Positions 18,732 to 28,638 of a DNA stretch of 64,000 bases are shown here, piece after piece. The position numbers were made by a program, and so were the translations under genes. Within the stretch, counting starts at the first letter, position 1. Every line of letters starts with the position of its first letter. Below the pieces are notes generated by a model, which had not been told where the DNA came from, did no database searches, and saw only the letters and a list, made by a program, of their open reading frames with translations. This DNA is from Uncultured Candidatus Berkiella sp. GTDB taxonomy: Bacteria; Pseudomonadota; Gammaproteobacteria; Berkiellales; Berkiellaceae. The DNA lies in assembly GCA_964502705.1 (NCBI GenBank), contig CAZCXZ010000001.1, positions 25,407 through 89,406 of the forward strand, in the 5' to 3' direction.

Positions 18732-19573
18732 ATCCGTGAGGGCACGCGTTTTTTATGTCGAACTTTTAATCTTTTGAGATTGAAAGGCACCAACAACATA
18801 TTTTCAAACGTTTGAAATTTTTTATCACGATACGTTTCTAGGCCAAGATTGATTTTGAATTCACCCGAAATTGACCTTGAGGTGTATGTGCCAAAAAGCT
18901 GATCCCACCAACTGAAACAAAACCCATAATTACTATTGGTCTCTTTTGGATAATCTGAATGATGGATCCGATGCATGTTCGGTGTCACAATGATCTGCCT
19001 CAACGGTCTATCAATTTTCGATGGAAGATAAACATTGGTATGCACAAACATCGTCATTGCATTGTATATCACTTCAAATAGAAATACGGCCACTACAGGA
19101 GCACCTATAAAAGCCACTGTTAATAACTTAAAAGCCGTGGTAAAAGCGGCCTCTAGCGGGTGAAATCGCACCCCTGTGCTCACATCAAGATGTCGGTCCA
19201 TATGATGTACACGGTGCACTCGCCAAAATAGGTTAATGTTATGCATGATTCGATGCTGAAAATACATGACGAGGTCAAGGAAGAGGATTGAAAAAATGAT
19301 TTCGGCAATCAGCAAGGTTGGGGTTTGATTAAAAAAACCAAGCCCCTTTTTTTCTGCAATGAACGCAGTGGTGACCGCCAAAAAAGGAAATACTAAACGA
19401 ACGAAAAGTGTCGAAAACAGCGCCAAGCTTAAATGTTTCTGCCACCTATCAAGACGATTGACCAACCAAGGCCATCCTGCACGCTTTGTTTCCCAGTATG
19501 CTAGCAAGGCAAATATGGTGCAAAATGCCGCCAATCGACAAAAAACCTGATATTTTACTAACCACGCTTCCAT
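18725..19573 (-). CDS. Sterol desaturase/fatty acid hydroxylase family membrane protein
   Basis: His boxes YFQHRIMH, HRVHH, RFHPLE, FVHTN, HRIHHS and NYG...WDQLFGTY. Confidence 0.92.
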   Translation of the reverse strand: MEAWLVKYQVFCRLAAFCTIFALLAYWETKRAGWPWLVNRLDRWQKHLSLALFSTLFVRLVFPFLAVTTAFIAEKKGLGFFNQTPTLLIAEIIFSILFLDLVMYFQHRIMHNINLFWRVHRVHHMDRHLDVSTGVRFHPLEAAFTTAFKLLTVAFIGAPVVAVFLFEVIYNAMTMFVHTNVYLPSKIDRPLRQIIVTPNMHRIHHSDYPKETNSNYGFCFSWWDQLFGTYTSRSISGEFKINLGLETYRDKKFQTFENMLLVPFNLKRLKVRHKKRVPSRMA

Positions 19574-19805
19574 AAAGAGCTATCACCTTTTGTTAGTTAT
19601 AATCATATTATACTCTTTGCACTCTAAGTTGCGAGGCATGAGTGACACGCGACCCTGCGCGATGGGGCTTATGACGAACGGTTTATACTGCTTAAGTTTG
19701 CATTCAGATATGTTTGATAGCTTGTCAGCAACTTTTGATTTCTCGTCTACACTAAATGAACGATAGAAATAGTCTGCGTCTTAACAACTCCAGTAGTGGT
19801 GCTTC

Positions 19806-20276
19806 ATGCAATATAATCAGAATCTTTCCGTATCAGATCAACTGGGTAATAAGCTGGTCAAACACGTTTTATGTGGTATTGCCATCATTGGCGGTGCAGC
19901 ATTTTTGTGTGCCTTCACACAGATGATCGAAACAATACTGATCATTGAAATAGCCACCACATCCAGCGCATTACTCGTGAGCACCATTTGCCTTGTGCAC
20001 CTCTATAAAGAACATAGAATGTGGCAAAAACAAGAAGAGCAATTAATACATGTGCTCATTAAACAGATTCAACAACATTTTTCACAACTTCCTCCCCTAT
20101 CAATCATTGAAGAAGCACTTCATCAAGCATTGGATGCCAAAGAAGGGGAGCTACGCTTAAAAATGCTGGGACAATATCGCCTACAACCGGCGCTGTTAGA
20201 TTCGCTCGTCCAATACTGCCGACAACGACATGCCGATCATGCGGTCTTAGTGGATTTAGGGCTGTGCTGGGATTAA
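19806..20276 (+). CDS. Hypothetical membrane protein (two N-terminal TM segments, helical C-terminus)
   Basis: 156-aa ORF with hydrophobic residues ~21-66. Confidence 0.7.
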   Translation: MQYNQNLSVSDQLGNKLVKHVLCGIAIIGGAAFLCAFTQMIETILIIEIATTSSALLVSTICLVHLYKEHRMWQKQEEQLIHVLIKQIQQHFSQLPPLSIIEEALHQALDAKEGELRLKMLGQYRLQPALLDSLVQYCRQRHADHAVLVDLGLCWD

Positions 20277-20359
20277 GTCTTTCTACTGGCTTCTATGGTT
20301 TTTTTAAAGTACATCGGGTACATTTAAGTCCATTTTAGTAGATGTCATGGACGTGTTTG

Positions 20360-21346
20360 ATGAACTTTCCCCATTTACGCCTTCGAAGAATGCGCACCAA
20401 TCAGCAAATACGCGCACTCATACGAGAAACTGAATTAAACCTAAATGATTTGGTCATGCCAATCTTTATTAAATATGGCCAGGATAGAAAAGATCCCATC
20501 AGTTCCATGCCTGGGTTATTTCAATTTAGCTTGGATAAATTGCCAGAAGAAATCAGGGAACTAAAGGCCTTAGGTATTCAGTCAGTACTGCTGTTTGGTA
20601 TTCCTGAACATAAAGATGCCCTCGCAACAGATTCTTATCAAGCCAATGGCATTGTGCAACAAGCGACACAAATTGTGAAAGATGTCGCGCCTGATATGCT
20701 CGTGATGGCCGATGTTTGTTGTTGCGAATATACCGATCATGGTCATTGTGGGATTGTTGAAGACTATCGCGGCACCATGGATGTGCATAATGATAAAACC
20801 TTAGAAATCCTCGCTAAACAAGCGATTAGTTTTGCGCAGGCAGGCGCCGATATTATTGCGCCTAGCGGTAGCATTGATGGGCAAGTAACCGCTGTTCGAA
20901 CAGGGTTAGATAGCGCAGGCTTTCATCAGATCCCGGTTTTAAGTTACGCCATAAAGTATGCATCTTCTTTATATGGCCCCTTCAGACAGGCCGCCGAAGG
21001 TGCCCCCAAATTTGGTGATAGAAAAACGTATCAAATGGATCCTGCGAATGGGTTGGAGGCCTTACGTGAAGTAGAGCTCGATGTTGCTGAAGGTGCTGAC
21101 ATGTTAATGGTAAAGCCCGCTCAGGCTTATCTTGATGTCATACTACGCGTAAAACAAAAATATCCCCATATTCCCCTAGGCGCTTATCATGTCAGCGGTG
21201 AATACTCGATGATCAAGGCAGCGGCTGAATTGGGATGGATTGATGGTACAAAAGTGGCACTTGAAGTGTTAACCGGCATTAAACGTGCAGGCGCGGATTT
21301 TATCATTAATTATTTCACTAAAGAATTGGCGAAAGATCTTAGATAG
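20360..21346 (+). CDS. hemB: Porphobilinogen synthase (ALA dehydratase)
   Basis: RLRRMR, DVCCCEYTDHGHCG Zn site, YGPFR, DRKTYQMDP, MVKPA. Start 20360 or 20342. Confidence 0.97.
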   Translation: MNFPHLRLRRMRTNQQIRALIRETELNLNDLVMPIFIKYGQDRKDPISSMPGLFQFSLDKLPEEIRELKALGIQSVLLFGIPEHKDALATDSYQANGIVQQATQIVKDVAPDMLVMADVCCCEYTDHGHCGIVEDYRGTMDVHNDKTLEILAKQAISFAQAGADIIAPSGSIDGQVTAVRTGLDSAGFHQIPVLSYAIKYASSLYGPFRQAAEGAPKFGDRKTYQMDPANGLEALREVELDVAEGADMLMVKPAQAYLDVILRVKQKYPHIPLGAYHVSGEYSMIKAAAELGWIDGTKVALEVLTGIKRAGADFIINYFTKELAKDLR

Positions 21347-21364
21347 CGTGTAGCCACGCTTTTT
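21345..21364 (+). terminator. Intrinsic terminator after hemB
   Basis: AGCGTG-TAGC-CACGCT followed by a T run. Confidence 0.6.
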
Positions 21365-21368
21365 GTGA

Positions 21369-21396
21369 CTTGAAAACCAAAGAAAAGCCCCCATGT
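21369..21396 (+). promoter_or_regulatory. Sigma-32-type promoter upstream of trxA
   Basis: CTTGAAA-N13-CCCCATGT matches the RpoH consensus CTTGAAA-N13/14-CCCCATnT. Confidence 0.75.
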
Positions 21397-21497
21397 TAAG
21401 CAACATAGTTAACTATTTATTGACTATGTCATGACAAGTGGGGCAACCCTTGTTAGCATAGCGGTAATATCACAATCGGCTTCATTTTTAGGAGATA

Positions 21498-21833
21498 ATG
21501 ATTAACATGAGTACCCCAATAATTGCTGTGAGCGATGATTCCTTTGAAAAAGACGTTATGAATGCTCAATTACCTGTTCTCGTGGATTTTTGGGCAGAAT
21601 GGTGTGGTCCTTGCAAAATGATTGCTCCTATTCTAGATGATATTGCAAAAACCTACGAAGGGCGCTTAACCATAGCTAAAATCAACATTGATGATAATGC
21701 CCAAACCCCTCAAAAATTCGGTGTACGCGGTATTCCTACCTTAATGTTGTTTAAAAACGGGGAACTTGAATCAACGAAAGTTGGTGCGATTTCAAAATCT
21801 CAGCTAACAGCCTTCTTGGATAGCCACCTATAG
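21498..21833 (+). CDS. trxA: Thioredoxin
   Basis: [21 protein letters not shown]; trxA-rho synteny. Confidence 0.98.
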   Translation: MINMSTPIIAVSDDSFEKDVMNAQLPVLVDFWAEWCGPCKMIAPILDDIAKTYEGRLTIAKINIDDNAQTPQKFGVRGIPTLMLFKNGELESTKVGAISKSQLTAFLDSHL

Positions 21834-22154
21834 AGGATATTCCCCTAGCATCTTAAAAAAAAGTTTGGTACGATGCGTGATGACTTGGGCTAGCAATGCC
21901 AAGTAAAGCGCATCAGCTAAACTCCAAGTTCCCTATTTATACTCCGCCTTTGTTTTTCAGCGAAAGTAATCGTCAGCGTAAAGCCAATGGTTACCAGAAT
22001 GGCCTCTTTTATTTGATGTGCCAAGGCTGAAATGAAAGAGCAAATGAATAAGGTTTTATCACAGAGTGTTCAAGGTTTAATGTCCACTAAACTAACCATC
22101 AAATCATTGTGGTCAACCCACACTCCTTCATCCATCAACTAAATAAGCACACGT

Positions 22155-23411
22155 ATGAATCTTTCAGAATTAAAAAAAACACCTGCTGCAGAGCTTTCTG
22201 AAAAGGCGCTTGAATTAGGCGTCCAAAATGTGGCTAGCTTGCGTAAGCAAGACCTCATTTTTGGGATCTTAAAAGCACATTCAAAAAGCGGCGAAGACAT
22301 TTATGGAGACGGTGTCCTTGAGCTATTACAAGATGGCTTCGGATTTTTACGTTCTTCCAGCACCTCTTACCTGCCAGGTCCGGATGATATTTATGTTTCA
22401 CCCAGTCAAATCCGTCGCTTTGGATTGCGCACAGGTGATACCGTCTCCGGCAAAATTCGCCCCCCTAAAGAAGGCGAACGATATTTTGCACTTCTGAAAG
22501 TCAATGAAATTAACTATGAAAATCCTGAAAACGTCCGTAATAAACTCTTATTCGAAAACCTTACCCCCTTACACGCTGAACGCCGCCTTAAAATGGAAGT
22601 GGGCAACGGTAGTACCGAAGACATCACAGCTCGAATTATTGATTTAGTCTCTCCAATTGGTAGAGGCCAGCGTGGCTTAATTGTTTCACCACCAAAAGCG
22701 GGTAAAACAATGATGCTACAAAATATCGCTCACTCTATTTCGACCAACTATCCTGAATGTAAATTGATTGTATTATTGATTGACGAACGCCCAGAAGAAG
22801 TGACCGAAATGGAACGTTCCGTACAAGGCGAAGTAATTGCCAGTACTTTTGATGAGCCGCCAAATCGTCACGTACAAGTCTCTGAGATGGTTATCGAAAA
22901 GGCTAAGCGTCTTGTTGAACATAAAATGGACGTTGTCATTTTATTAGATTCCATCACCCGCTTAGCGCGCGCTTATAACACCACCATCCCCCATTCCGGC
23001 AAAGTGTTAACCGGTGGTGTGGATGCAGCAGCATTACAACGTCCAAAACGCTTTTTTGGCGCTGCGCGTAATATCGAAGAAGGCGGCAGCTTAACTATCA
23101 TCGCAACGGCGCTTGTTGATACAGGCTCCAAAATGGATGAAGTCATTTATGAAGAATTCAAAGGTACCGGTAACCTTGAATTACATCTTGATCGTCGTAT
23201 TGCTGAAAAACGCGTTTACCCTGCAATCAACATTAATCGCTCTGGCACAAGACGTGAAGAAAAACTCACCACGCCTGATGAATTACAAAAAATGTGGATT
23301 CTACGTAAATTGCTTCACCCCATGGATGAATTATCTGCGATTGAATTCCTCATTGAGCGTTTAAAAGGCACTAAGAGTAACGAAGATTTCTTTGATGCTA
23401 TGAAACGTTAA
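22155..23411 (+). CDS. rho: Transcription termination factor Rho
   Basis: [40 protein letters not shown]. Confidence 0.99.
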   Translation: MNLSELKKTPAAELSEKALELGVQNVASLRKQDLIFGILKAHSKSGEDIYGDGVLELLQDGFGFLRSSSTSYLPGPDDIYVSPSQIRRFGLRTGDTVSGKIRPPKEGERYFALLKVNEINYENPENVRNKLLFENLTPLHAERRLKMEVGNGSTEDITARIIDLVSPIGRGQRGLIVSPPKAGKTMMLQNIAHSISTNYPECKLIVLLIDERPEEVTEMERSVQGEVIASTFDEPPNRHVQVSEMVIEKAKRLVEHKMDVVILLDSITRLARAYNTTIPHSGKVLTGGVDAAALQRPKRFFGAARNIEEGGSLTIIATALVDTGSKMDEVIYEEFKGTGNLELHLDRRIAEKRVYPAININRSGTRREEKLTTPDELQKMWILRKLLHPMDELSAIEFLIERLKGTKSNEDFFDAMKR

Positions 23412-23414
23412 TGA

Positions 23415-24884
23415 ATGAAGTATGAAGACCTTCGCGAATTTATTCGCTCCTTAGCCGATAAGGATCAACTCAAACGCATACAAGCAAGCGTTGATCCTTA
23501 TCTTGAAATGACAGAAATTTCTCATCGGGTCCTAAAGCAACAAGGACCCGCACTCTTATTTGAGTCTCCTAAAAACCATTCTATTCCTGTTCTCACTAAT
23601 TTATTTGGCACGCCTGAACGTGTGGCATATGCCATGGGACAAGATTCGCTCGCAGGCTTACGCGAAGTTGGTAAGTTTTTGGCATTTTTTAAAGAACCTG
23701 AACCGCCAAAAGGTTTTAAAGATGCATTGAAACAATTGCCGATGTATAAGCAAATTTTGAATATGTCTCCGGCCAAGGAAACGCTTGGCAAAGCGCTGTG
23801 TCAACGCAATCGCATTCAAGGCGATGATGTTGATCTGTACCAATTACCCATCCAAACCTGTTGGCCAGAGGATGTAGCCCCTTTAATTACATGGGGATTG
23901 GTTGTTACAAAAGGACCGCTTGCCACCAGGCAAAATTTAGGGATCTATCGTCAGCAAGTTATTGCTAAAAATAAAGTGATTATGCGTTGGTTAGGGCACC
24001 GTGGCGGCGCACTTGACTATGCAAAGTGGTGCCAAACACATAAAGGCAAACCTTTTCCAATTGCGGTTGCCATAGGCGCTGATCCAGCAACCATTTTAGC
24101 CGCAGTTACGCCAATTCCTGATAATTTATCCGAATATGCTTTCGCTGGTTTGCTTCGCGGACATAAAACACAATTGGTATCTTGCTATTCACATACTTTA
24201 GAAGTCCCTGCGACCTGTGAAATGGTGTTAGAAGGTTTTATTTATCCGGATGATACTGCATTAGAAGGACCGTATGGCGATCATACCGGTTATTATAATG
24301 AAGTCGAACGCTTCCCTGTAATGACGATTGAGAGCATTACCATGCGTGATAACCCCATTTACCACAGCACTTATACCGGCAGGCCGCCGGATGAGCCAGC
24401 GGTACTTGGCGTCGCTTTAAACGAGATTTTTGTACCCGTACTGCAAAAGCAATTTCCAGAAATTGTCGACTTTTATTTGCCGCCTGAAGGTTGCTCTTAT
24501 CGTATGGCAGTAGTGACCATAAAAAAAGAATATCCAGGCCATGCTAAACGCGTTATGTTCGGGATCTGGTCATTTTTACGACAATTTATGTATACCAAAT
24601 TTATTGTTGTTACCGATGACGATGTTGACGCAAGAAATTGGCAAGATGTTATCTGGGCAATTACTACTCGCATGGATCCGGTGCGTGATACCGTGCTCTT
24701 AGAAAATACGCCCATTGATTATCTTGATTTCGCATCACCTATTTCAGGCCTTGGCGGAAAAATGGGACTCGATGCCACCACCAAACTTCCTGGCGAAACT
24801 AATCGCGAATGGGGCAAACCGATCAAACAAAGTGATGAGGTTATCTCACGAATTGATCAACTTTGGTCTTCACTTGGCTTGTAG
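23415..24884 (+). CDS. ubiD: 4-hydroxy-3-polyprenylbenzoate decarboxylase
   Basis: [39 protein letters not shown]; follows rho. Confidence 0.98.
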   Translation: MKYEDLREFIRSLADKDQLKRIQASVDPYLEMTEISHRVLKQQGPALLFESPKNHSIPVLTNLFGTPERVAYAMGQDSLAGLREVGKFLAFFKEPEPPKGFKDALKQLPMYKQILNMSPAKETLGKALCQRNRIQGDDVDLYQLPIQTCWPEDVAPLITWGLVVTKGPLATRQNLGIYRQQVIAKNKVIMRWLGHRGGALDYAKWCQTHKGKPFPIAVAIGADPATILAAVTPIPDNLSEYAFAGLLRGHKTQLVSCYSHTLEVPATCEMVLEGFIYPDDTALEGPYGDHTGYYNEVERFPVMTIESITMRDNPIYHSTYTGRPPDEPAVLGVALNEIFVPVLQKQFPEIVDFYLPPEGCSYRMAVVTIKKEYPGHAKRVMFGIWSFLRQFMYTKFIVVTDDDVDARNWQDVIWAITTRMDPVRDTVLLENTPIDYLDFASPISGLGGKMGLDATTKLPGETNREWGKPIKQSDEVISRIDQLWSSLGL

Positions 24885-24890
24885 CACATT

Positions 24891-25607
24891 ATGACAAATA
24901 CCTATCTATATGTTTGCAAAGAAAATTGTGTTAAAACCAACGATATTTCTCTTCTTTCATTAATGCCACTTGAAAAAGCTTTACTGTATAAAGCAGGTCA
25001 ATATGTCGAGATCCTGCTTCGCTCAGGCGATTGTCTATTGCTCTCTATTGCCAATGCACCTGAATCAGATGGACGCATCGAATTTCACCTAAGACATGAT
25101 AGCTCACATCCTTTAGCACAATTGTTTTTAAATGAATTAGAGAGTGTGCCAACGGTTGCTTTGCGTGGTCCTTTTGGAGAAAGCACCTTAGAAAAATCAC
25201 ACAACAATGCAACCATCGTCTTTTTAGCGGGCGGTACTGGATTTGCTCCCATTAAGGCACTGTTACAAAGCGCCTTAGATGAAAGCCATGCAAAATTATT
25301 ACTTTACTGGGGCATTCGCAGACCTGAAGATGCCTATGAAGAACATTTATTACAACAATGGAAAAAGAAGTATCCACAGTTTGAATATACGTTGGTGCTT
25401 TCTGAACCTCTATCAACAACAGACTCTTGGACCGCACCGATAGGTCTTGTGCATCAGCACGTTGCGAACATGCACACCGACATGAAAGAACTCTGTCTTT
25501 TTGCGAGCGGGCCTTATGAAATGATCAAAGCAGCTCAACAACTTTTTAGCCATAACGGTCTACCCAATAGCCGCTTTATTTCTGACATGACAGCAAAGAG
25601 TGTTTAG
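24891..25607 (+). CDS. fre: NAD(P)H-flavin reductase (Fre-like, FNR superfamily)
   Basis: YKAGQY, SIANAP, GPFG, LAGGTGFAP, LYWG, SGPYEM; ubiD-fre synteny. Confidence 0.82.
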   Translation: MTNTYLYVCKENCVKTNDISLLSLMPLEKALLYKAGQYVEILLRSGDCLLLSIANAPESDGRIEFHLRHDSSHPLAQLFLNELESVPTVALRGPFGESTLEKSHNNATIVFLAGGTGFAPIKALLQSALDESHAKLLLYWGIRRPEDAYEEHLLQQWKKKYPQFEYTLVLSEPLSTTDSWTAPIGLVHQHVANMHTDMKELCLFASGPYEMIKAAQQLFSHNGLPNSRFISDMTAKSV

Positions 25608-26590
25608 AACACTCTTATCGCTGGCTTTTGGATCGTTCGTGGCTCAATTTCTGGTGAACTTGTTACACGTGGCAAGGTCGAACTAGCATAAAATGGCGTC
25701 AATGCTGGTGAGGACGGCCCTGCTAAATCGATGGTTTCTGCTAAGGCCTGCGCTTCTAATGTCAACGCCATATGCAAACGAAATTGCACATAGCTACATT
25801 TTCTTGAGCTGTAGGCTTCATAACCATTTAAAGGCTCACCCCGTGATTTTTTCAAAGCAAAATAAGCAATGCTAGCGCCACAATCTGCATGATTGTCTTG
25901 TTCAGGCACTAACAGGGTCGGGTTCTCATTTACCACACGCGCAGTGCCTTGATAAAGCTGGTATAACAACGCTTTACCCTTTTCTGCGATCTCAAGATGT
26001 GTCTTGCTGTCATTGTAGGTATCTAGAACATGGATTTTAAAATCATTACCATGAACTCTTTGGATCATCATAAAGTACCAATGATTATTTCGACGACATC
26101 CAGGCCAAAAGACCCAATTGGAATTACGTAATCGATCTGCTGTCCTTCTTCTCTCAGAAGAACCTAATGAAGATATGAAATCTGGATTATTAAAATAGCC
26201 AGGATCGATCGTCGTGGTGGTAGATGATTGTAAACTATTAAAATACCGACTAATAATATCTTGCGACAACCAGGCGTCTTGAGGATTATAGGCCCGATCT
26301 TGAAAAGGGGCTAACAAAGGCCCGGCAATTGACGGACCATACGCAGGATGGCTTGATAAACGCCGATAACAGCGTGCTAATTCATCAGAGGTAACTTCCG
26401 TACCATGATAGTAATAAACACCTATTTCACCCGTCTGTGATGAAGCATACATCGACATATGTCCATCCGAAGCTTTATCGACGGGGATCCATTGTTCTTC
26501 TTGGGAATAAGATGATGATGCTACAGAGCTTAACGGCTCCAGCAAACTGCTCACCCAGCCTGTCATTCTATCAAGCGCACCGCTTACCAT
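25604..26590 (-). CDS. Ulp1/SENP-like cysteine protease (peptidase C48/CE clan), candidate host-directed effector
   Basis: WLSQDIISRY (cf. WLNDEIINFY), NHW (His170), LDT (Asp190), PEQDNHADCG (Gln231, Cys237), FRLHM. Confidence 0.8.
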   Translation of the reverse strand: MVSGALDRMTGWVSSLLEPLSSVASSSYSQEEQWIPVDKASDGHMSMYASSQTGEIGVYYYHGTEVTSDELARCYRRLSSHPAYGPSIAGPLLAPFQDRAYNPQDAWLSQDIISRYFNSLQSSTTTTIDPGYFNNPDFISSLGSSERRRTADRLRNSNWVFWPGCRRNNHWYFMMIQRVHGNDFKIHVLDTYNDSKTHLEIAEKGKALLYQLYQGTARVVNENPTLLVPEQDNHADCGASIAYFALKKSRGEPLNGYEAYSSRKCSYVQFRLHMALTLEAQALAETIDLAGPSSPALTPFYASSTLPRVTSSPEIEPRTIQKPAIRVF

Positions 26591-26634
26591 GGCGAATCTC
26601 TCACAACAAATTAAGCCATTCTCTTAGAGTTGCG

Positions 26635-26663
26635 AAACTACTGAATGGCTGACCTATTGTCAA
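26635..26663 (-). promoter_or_regulatory. Candidate sigma-70 promoter of the Ulp1-like gene
   Basis: Minus strand TTGACA-N17-TAGTTT between the fpr stop and ATG 26590. Confidence 0.4.
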
Positions 26664-26684
26664 GTATAGTACCTTTATTGGTCA

Positions 26685-27443
26685 TCATAATTTCCAGTAG
26701 CTCTCAACAGTGATGTGCCCTGTTTGTTTGACGGAGCTTAGCGTCAAACCTCGATCGATAAGTAAGTTAAGCATCTCGTTAACCATAGCAGGATTTCCGC
26801 ACAACATGGTCTGAGACGAATTCGCAGTCAATGACAAACCGACGGCCTTCTCCATTTCTCCCAAGCGCAGCAAATCTGTCACTCTCTTTGAAAATTGCCC
26901 AGGCAATTGCTCTCCTGTCACTGTTGGCAGCCAAAAAAACTGTCCCGCGTTGTCACGAACCCATGACTGAAGCAAATCCTGATGAGTCAAGTGGGCAACT
27001 TTTTGTACGCTGTGCACTAAGACAATTTTTTCAAAACGCTGCCAAGGCTCTTCTGTTTGCAACATCGACAGAAATACGCCAAGGCCTGTCCCCGTTGCAA
27101 ATAGCCATAATATTTCAGCATTTGGCACTGCCGATAAGACAAAACGACCAACAGGTCGCTTAGCAACAAATATTCGATCTCCTACTTCAAGCTTGCTAAG
27201 GCGTGATGTCAATTTTCCACCTGGCAATTGCGAGTAGTAAAATTCAAGTGGTAATTGAAGAGGCGGGTTCACAAACGAATAGGGTCGAAAAAGGTGCTGA
27301 TCTTCATCCAAACTAAGCTGGGTGAATTGCCCCGCGACAAACGGCTCAATAGGGGCTTCAATCATGAGGGATCTGAGATTTTGCGCCCAAATCTTATGGG
27401 CCACCACAACACCCTCAACAAAGCGCCCACTTATTGTTGCCAA
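26685..27443 (-). CDS. fpr: Ferredoxin/flavodoxin-NADP+ reductase
   Basis: FVAGQF, RPYSFVNPP, ATGTGLG, MLCGNPAMV, terminal GHITVESYW. Confidence 0.92.
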   Translation of the reverse strand: MATISGRFVEGVVVAHKIWAQNLRSLMIEAPIEPFVAGQFTQLSLDEDQHLFRPYSFVNPPLQLPLEFYYSQLPGGKLTSRLSKLEVGDRIFVAKRPVGRFVLSAVPNAEILWLFATGTGLGVFLSMLQTEEPWQRFEKIVLVHSVQKVAHLTHQDLLQSWVRDNAGQFFWLPTVTGEQLPGQFSKRVTDLLRLGEMEKAVGLSLTANSSQTMLCGNPAMVNEMLNLLIDRGLTLSSVKQTGHITVESYWKL

Positions 27444-28624
27444 GATGTTGCCAACAATAGCCCTTTCTTGAAAATCAGGGCACCTTGTTCCGGTTTATCC
27501 ATTTTTTCCAAAAGTGTTCCAAGTCTTGCATAGGTTTGCGGTCTTTGTTCAAGACTTAAACTCGCTTCATAGTAACGCTGCGCTTTGCCCCATAGTTGTT
27601 GGTTTTCACAGATCAAGCCAAGAGCAAACAGCAACCCGGGGCTTTGTGGGTGGCTCTTCAGCCAATGCTCCGCCTTACTTAACAATTTTTGAGGTTCAGG
27701 ATATTGAATATGCCCGTAGAGCTCAATGACTTGTTCATTCCAATGAGCTTTGAGTGAATCACGAAGTACCACTTCGGCTTCGATAGGTGACGCTACTTTC
27801 ATTAATGCTTTCGCATATTCTAGCGCCAGTTCACTATCAACTTGCATGTGATGGGGTATTTTTTGCCATTGTATCATCAGATCTTCATATGAAGCGTCTG
27901 ATTTGGATACAAACTGATTTCGAATAATATCTCTTTCTAAGCGTGCAATTTCCGATTTATCTAATATGGCAGCTTGTTTAATTTTTGGCATTAACATCGA
28001 TAGCGCTTGCCATTGTCTGGATTGCACATAGTTTTGCTGTAACAAGCGCAAAACTTGTGGATGATTTGGCACTTTAGCGTTTAACGCAAGCAAAGATGCA
28101 ATAGATTGTTCGTACTGCCCCTTTTCTAATGCGAGCTCGGCTTGTGTAAGGCCTATGGCCGTTTCGGTATGTTCTTTTACTTCATCCACTTGTGCAAGAT
28201 GAATATAATGATCGCGACGTTTGTTGTCGCCTTGTAGCTGCGCAGCCTTAGCTGCAAATAAGTAGCCTAACCACGGGTTATCACTCCCAGGAGCACCTTT
28301 GGCTAACCATTTTTCTGCCTTGGAAAAATTTCCTTCAACGAAAGCAATAAACCCTTTATGCGTAAACTGCTTCGAACGGTTGATTCTAAAATGCTTTGAC
28401 CATCTTCTGATATAACCGGGGGTATGAATAATACCTGCCAATAATATTCCTACATAATGGATCACAATTAAAACCACAGCCATCAATATAACCGCTAACC
28501 ACAAGGGTATATCGACTCGCCATCCAGCAAAGGTGAGAACCATTAAACCAGGTGATTGTTCTACATTCAGCCCAATCCATACGGCAAACGCCAATGCAGC
28601 AATCATGATCAGCAATCGAAACAT
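27431..28624 (-). CDS. hemY: HemY-family membrane-anchored TPR protein
   Basis: Two N-terminal TM segments, HemY_N (FVEGNFSKAEK, YLFAAKAA), TPR C-terminus; hemCDXY order. Confidence 0.92.
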   Translation of the reverse strand: MFRLLIMIAALAFAVWIGLNVEQSPGLMVLTFAGWRVDIPLWLAVILMAVVLIVIHYVGILLAGIIHTPGYIRRWSKHFRINRSKQFTHKGFIAFVEGNFSKAEKWLAKGAPGSDNPWLGYLFAAKAAQLQGDNKRRDHYIHLAQVDEVKEHTETAIGLTQAELALEKGQYEQSIASLLALNAKVPNHPQVLRLLQQNYVQSRQWQALSMLMPKIKQAAILDKSEIARLERDIIRNQFVSKSDASYEDLMIQWQKIPHHMQVDSELALEYAKALMKVASPIEAEVVLRDSLKAHWNEQVIELYGHIQYPEPQKLLSKAEHWLKSHPQSPGLLFALGLICENQQLWGKAQRYYEASLSLEQRPQTYARLGTLLEKMDKPEQGALIFKKGLLLATSWQQ

Positions 28625-28638
28625 TATTCTGGCCTGCC

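Noticed and set aside
19620-19800. Possible 6S RNA or riboswitch in the desaturase intergenic region
   Set aside because: Only weak pairing, with no long rod structure, terminator or recognisable aptamer.
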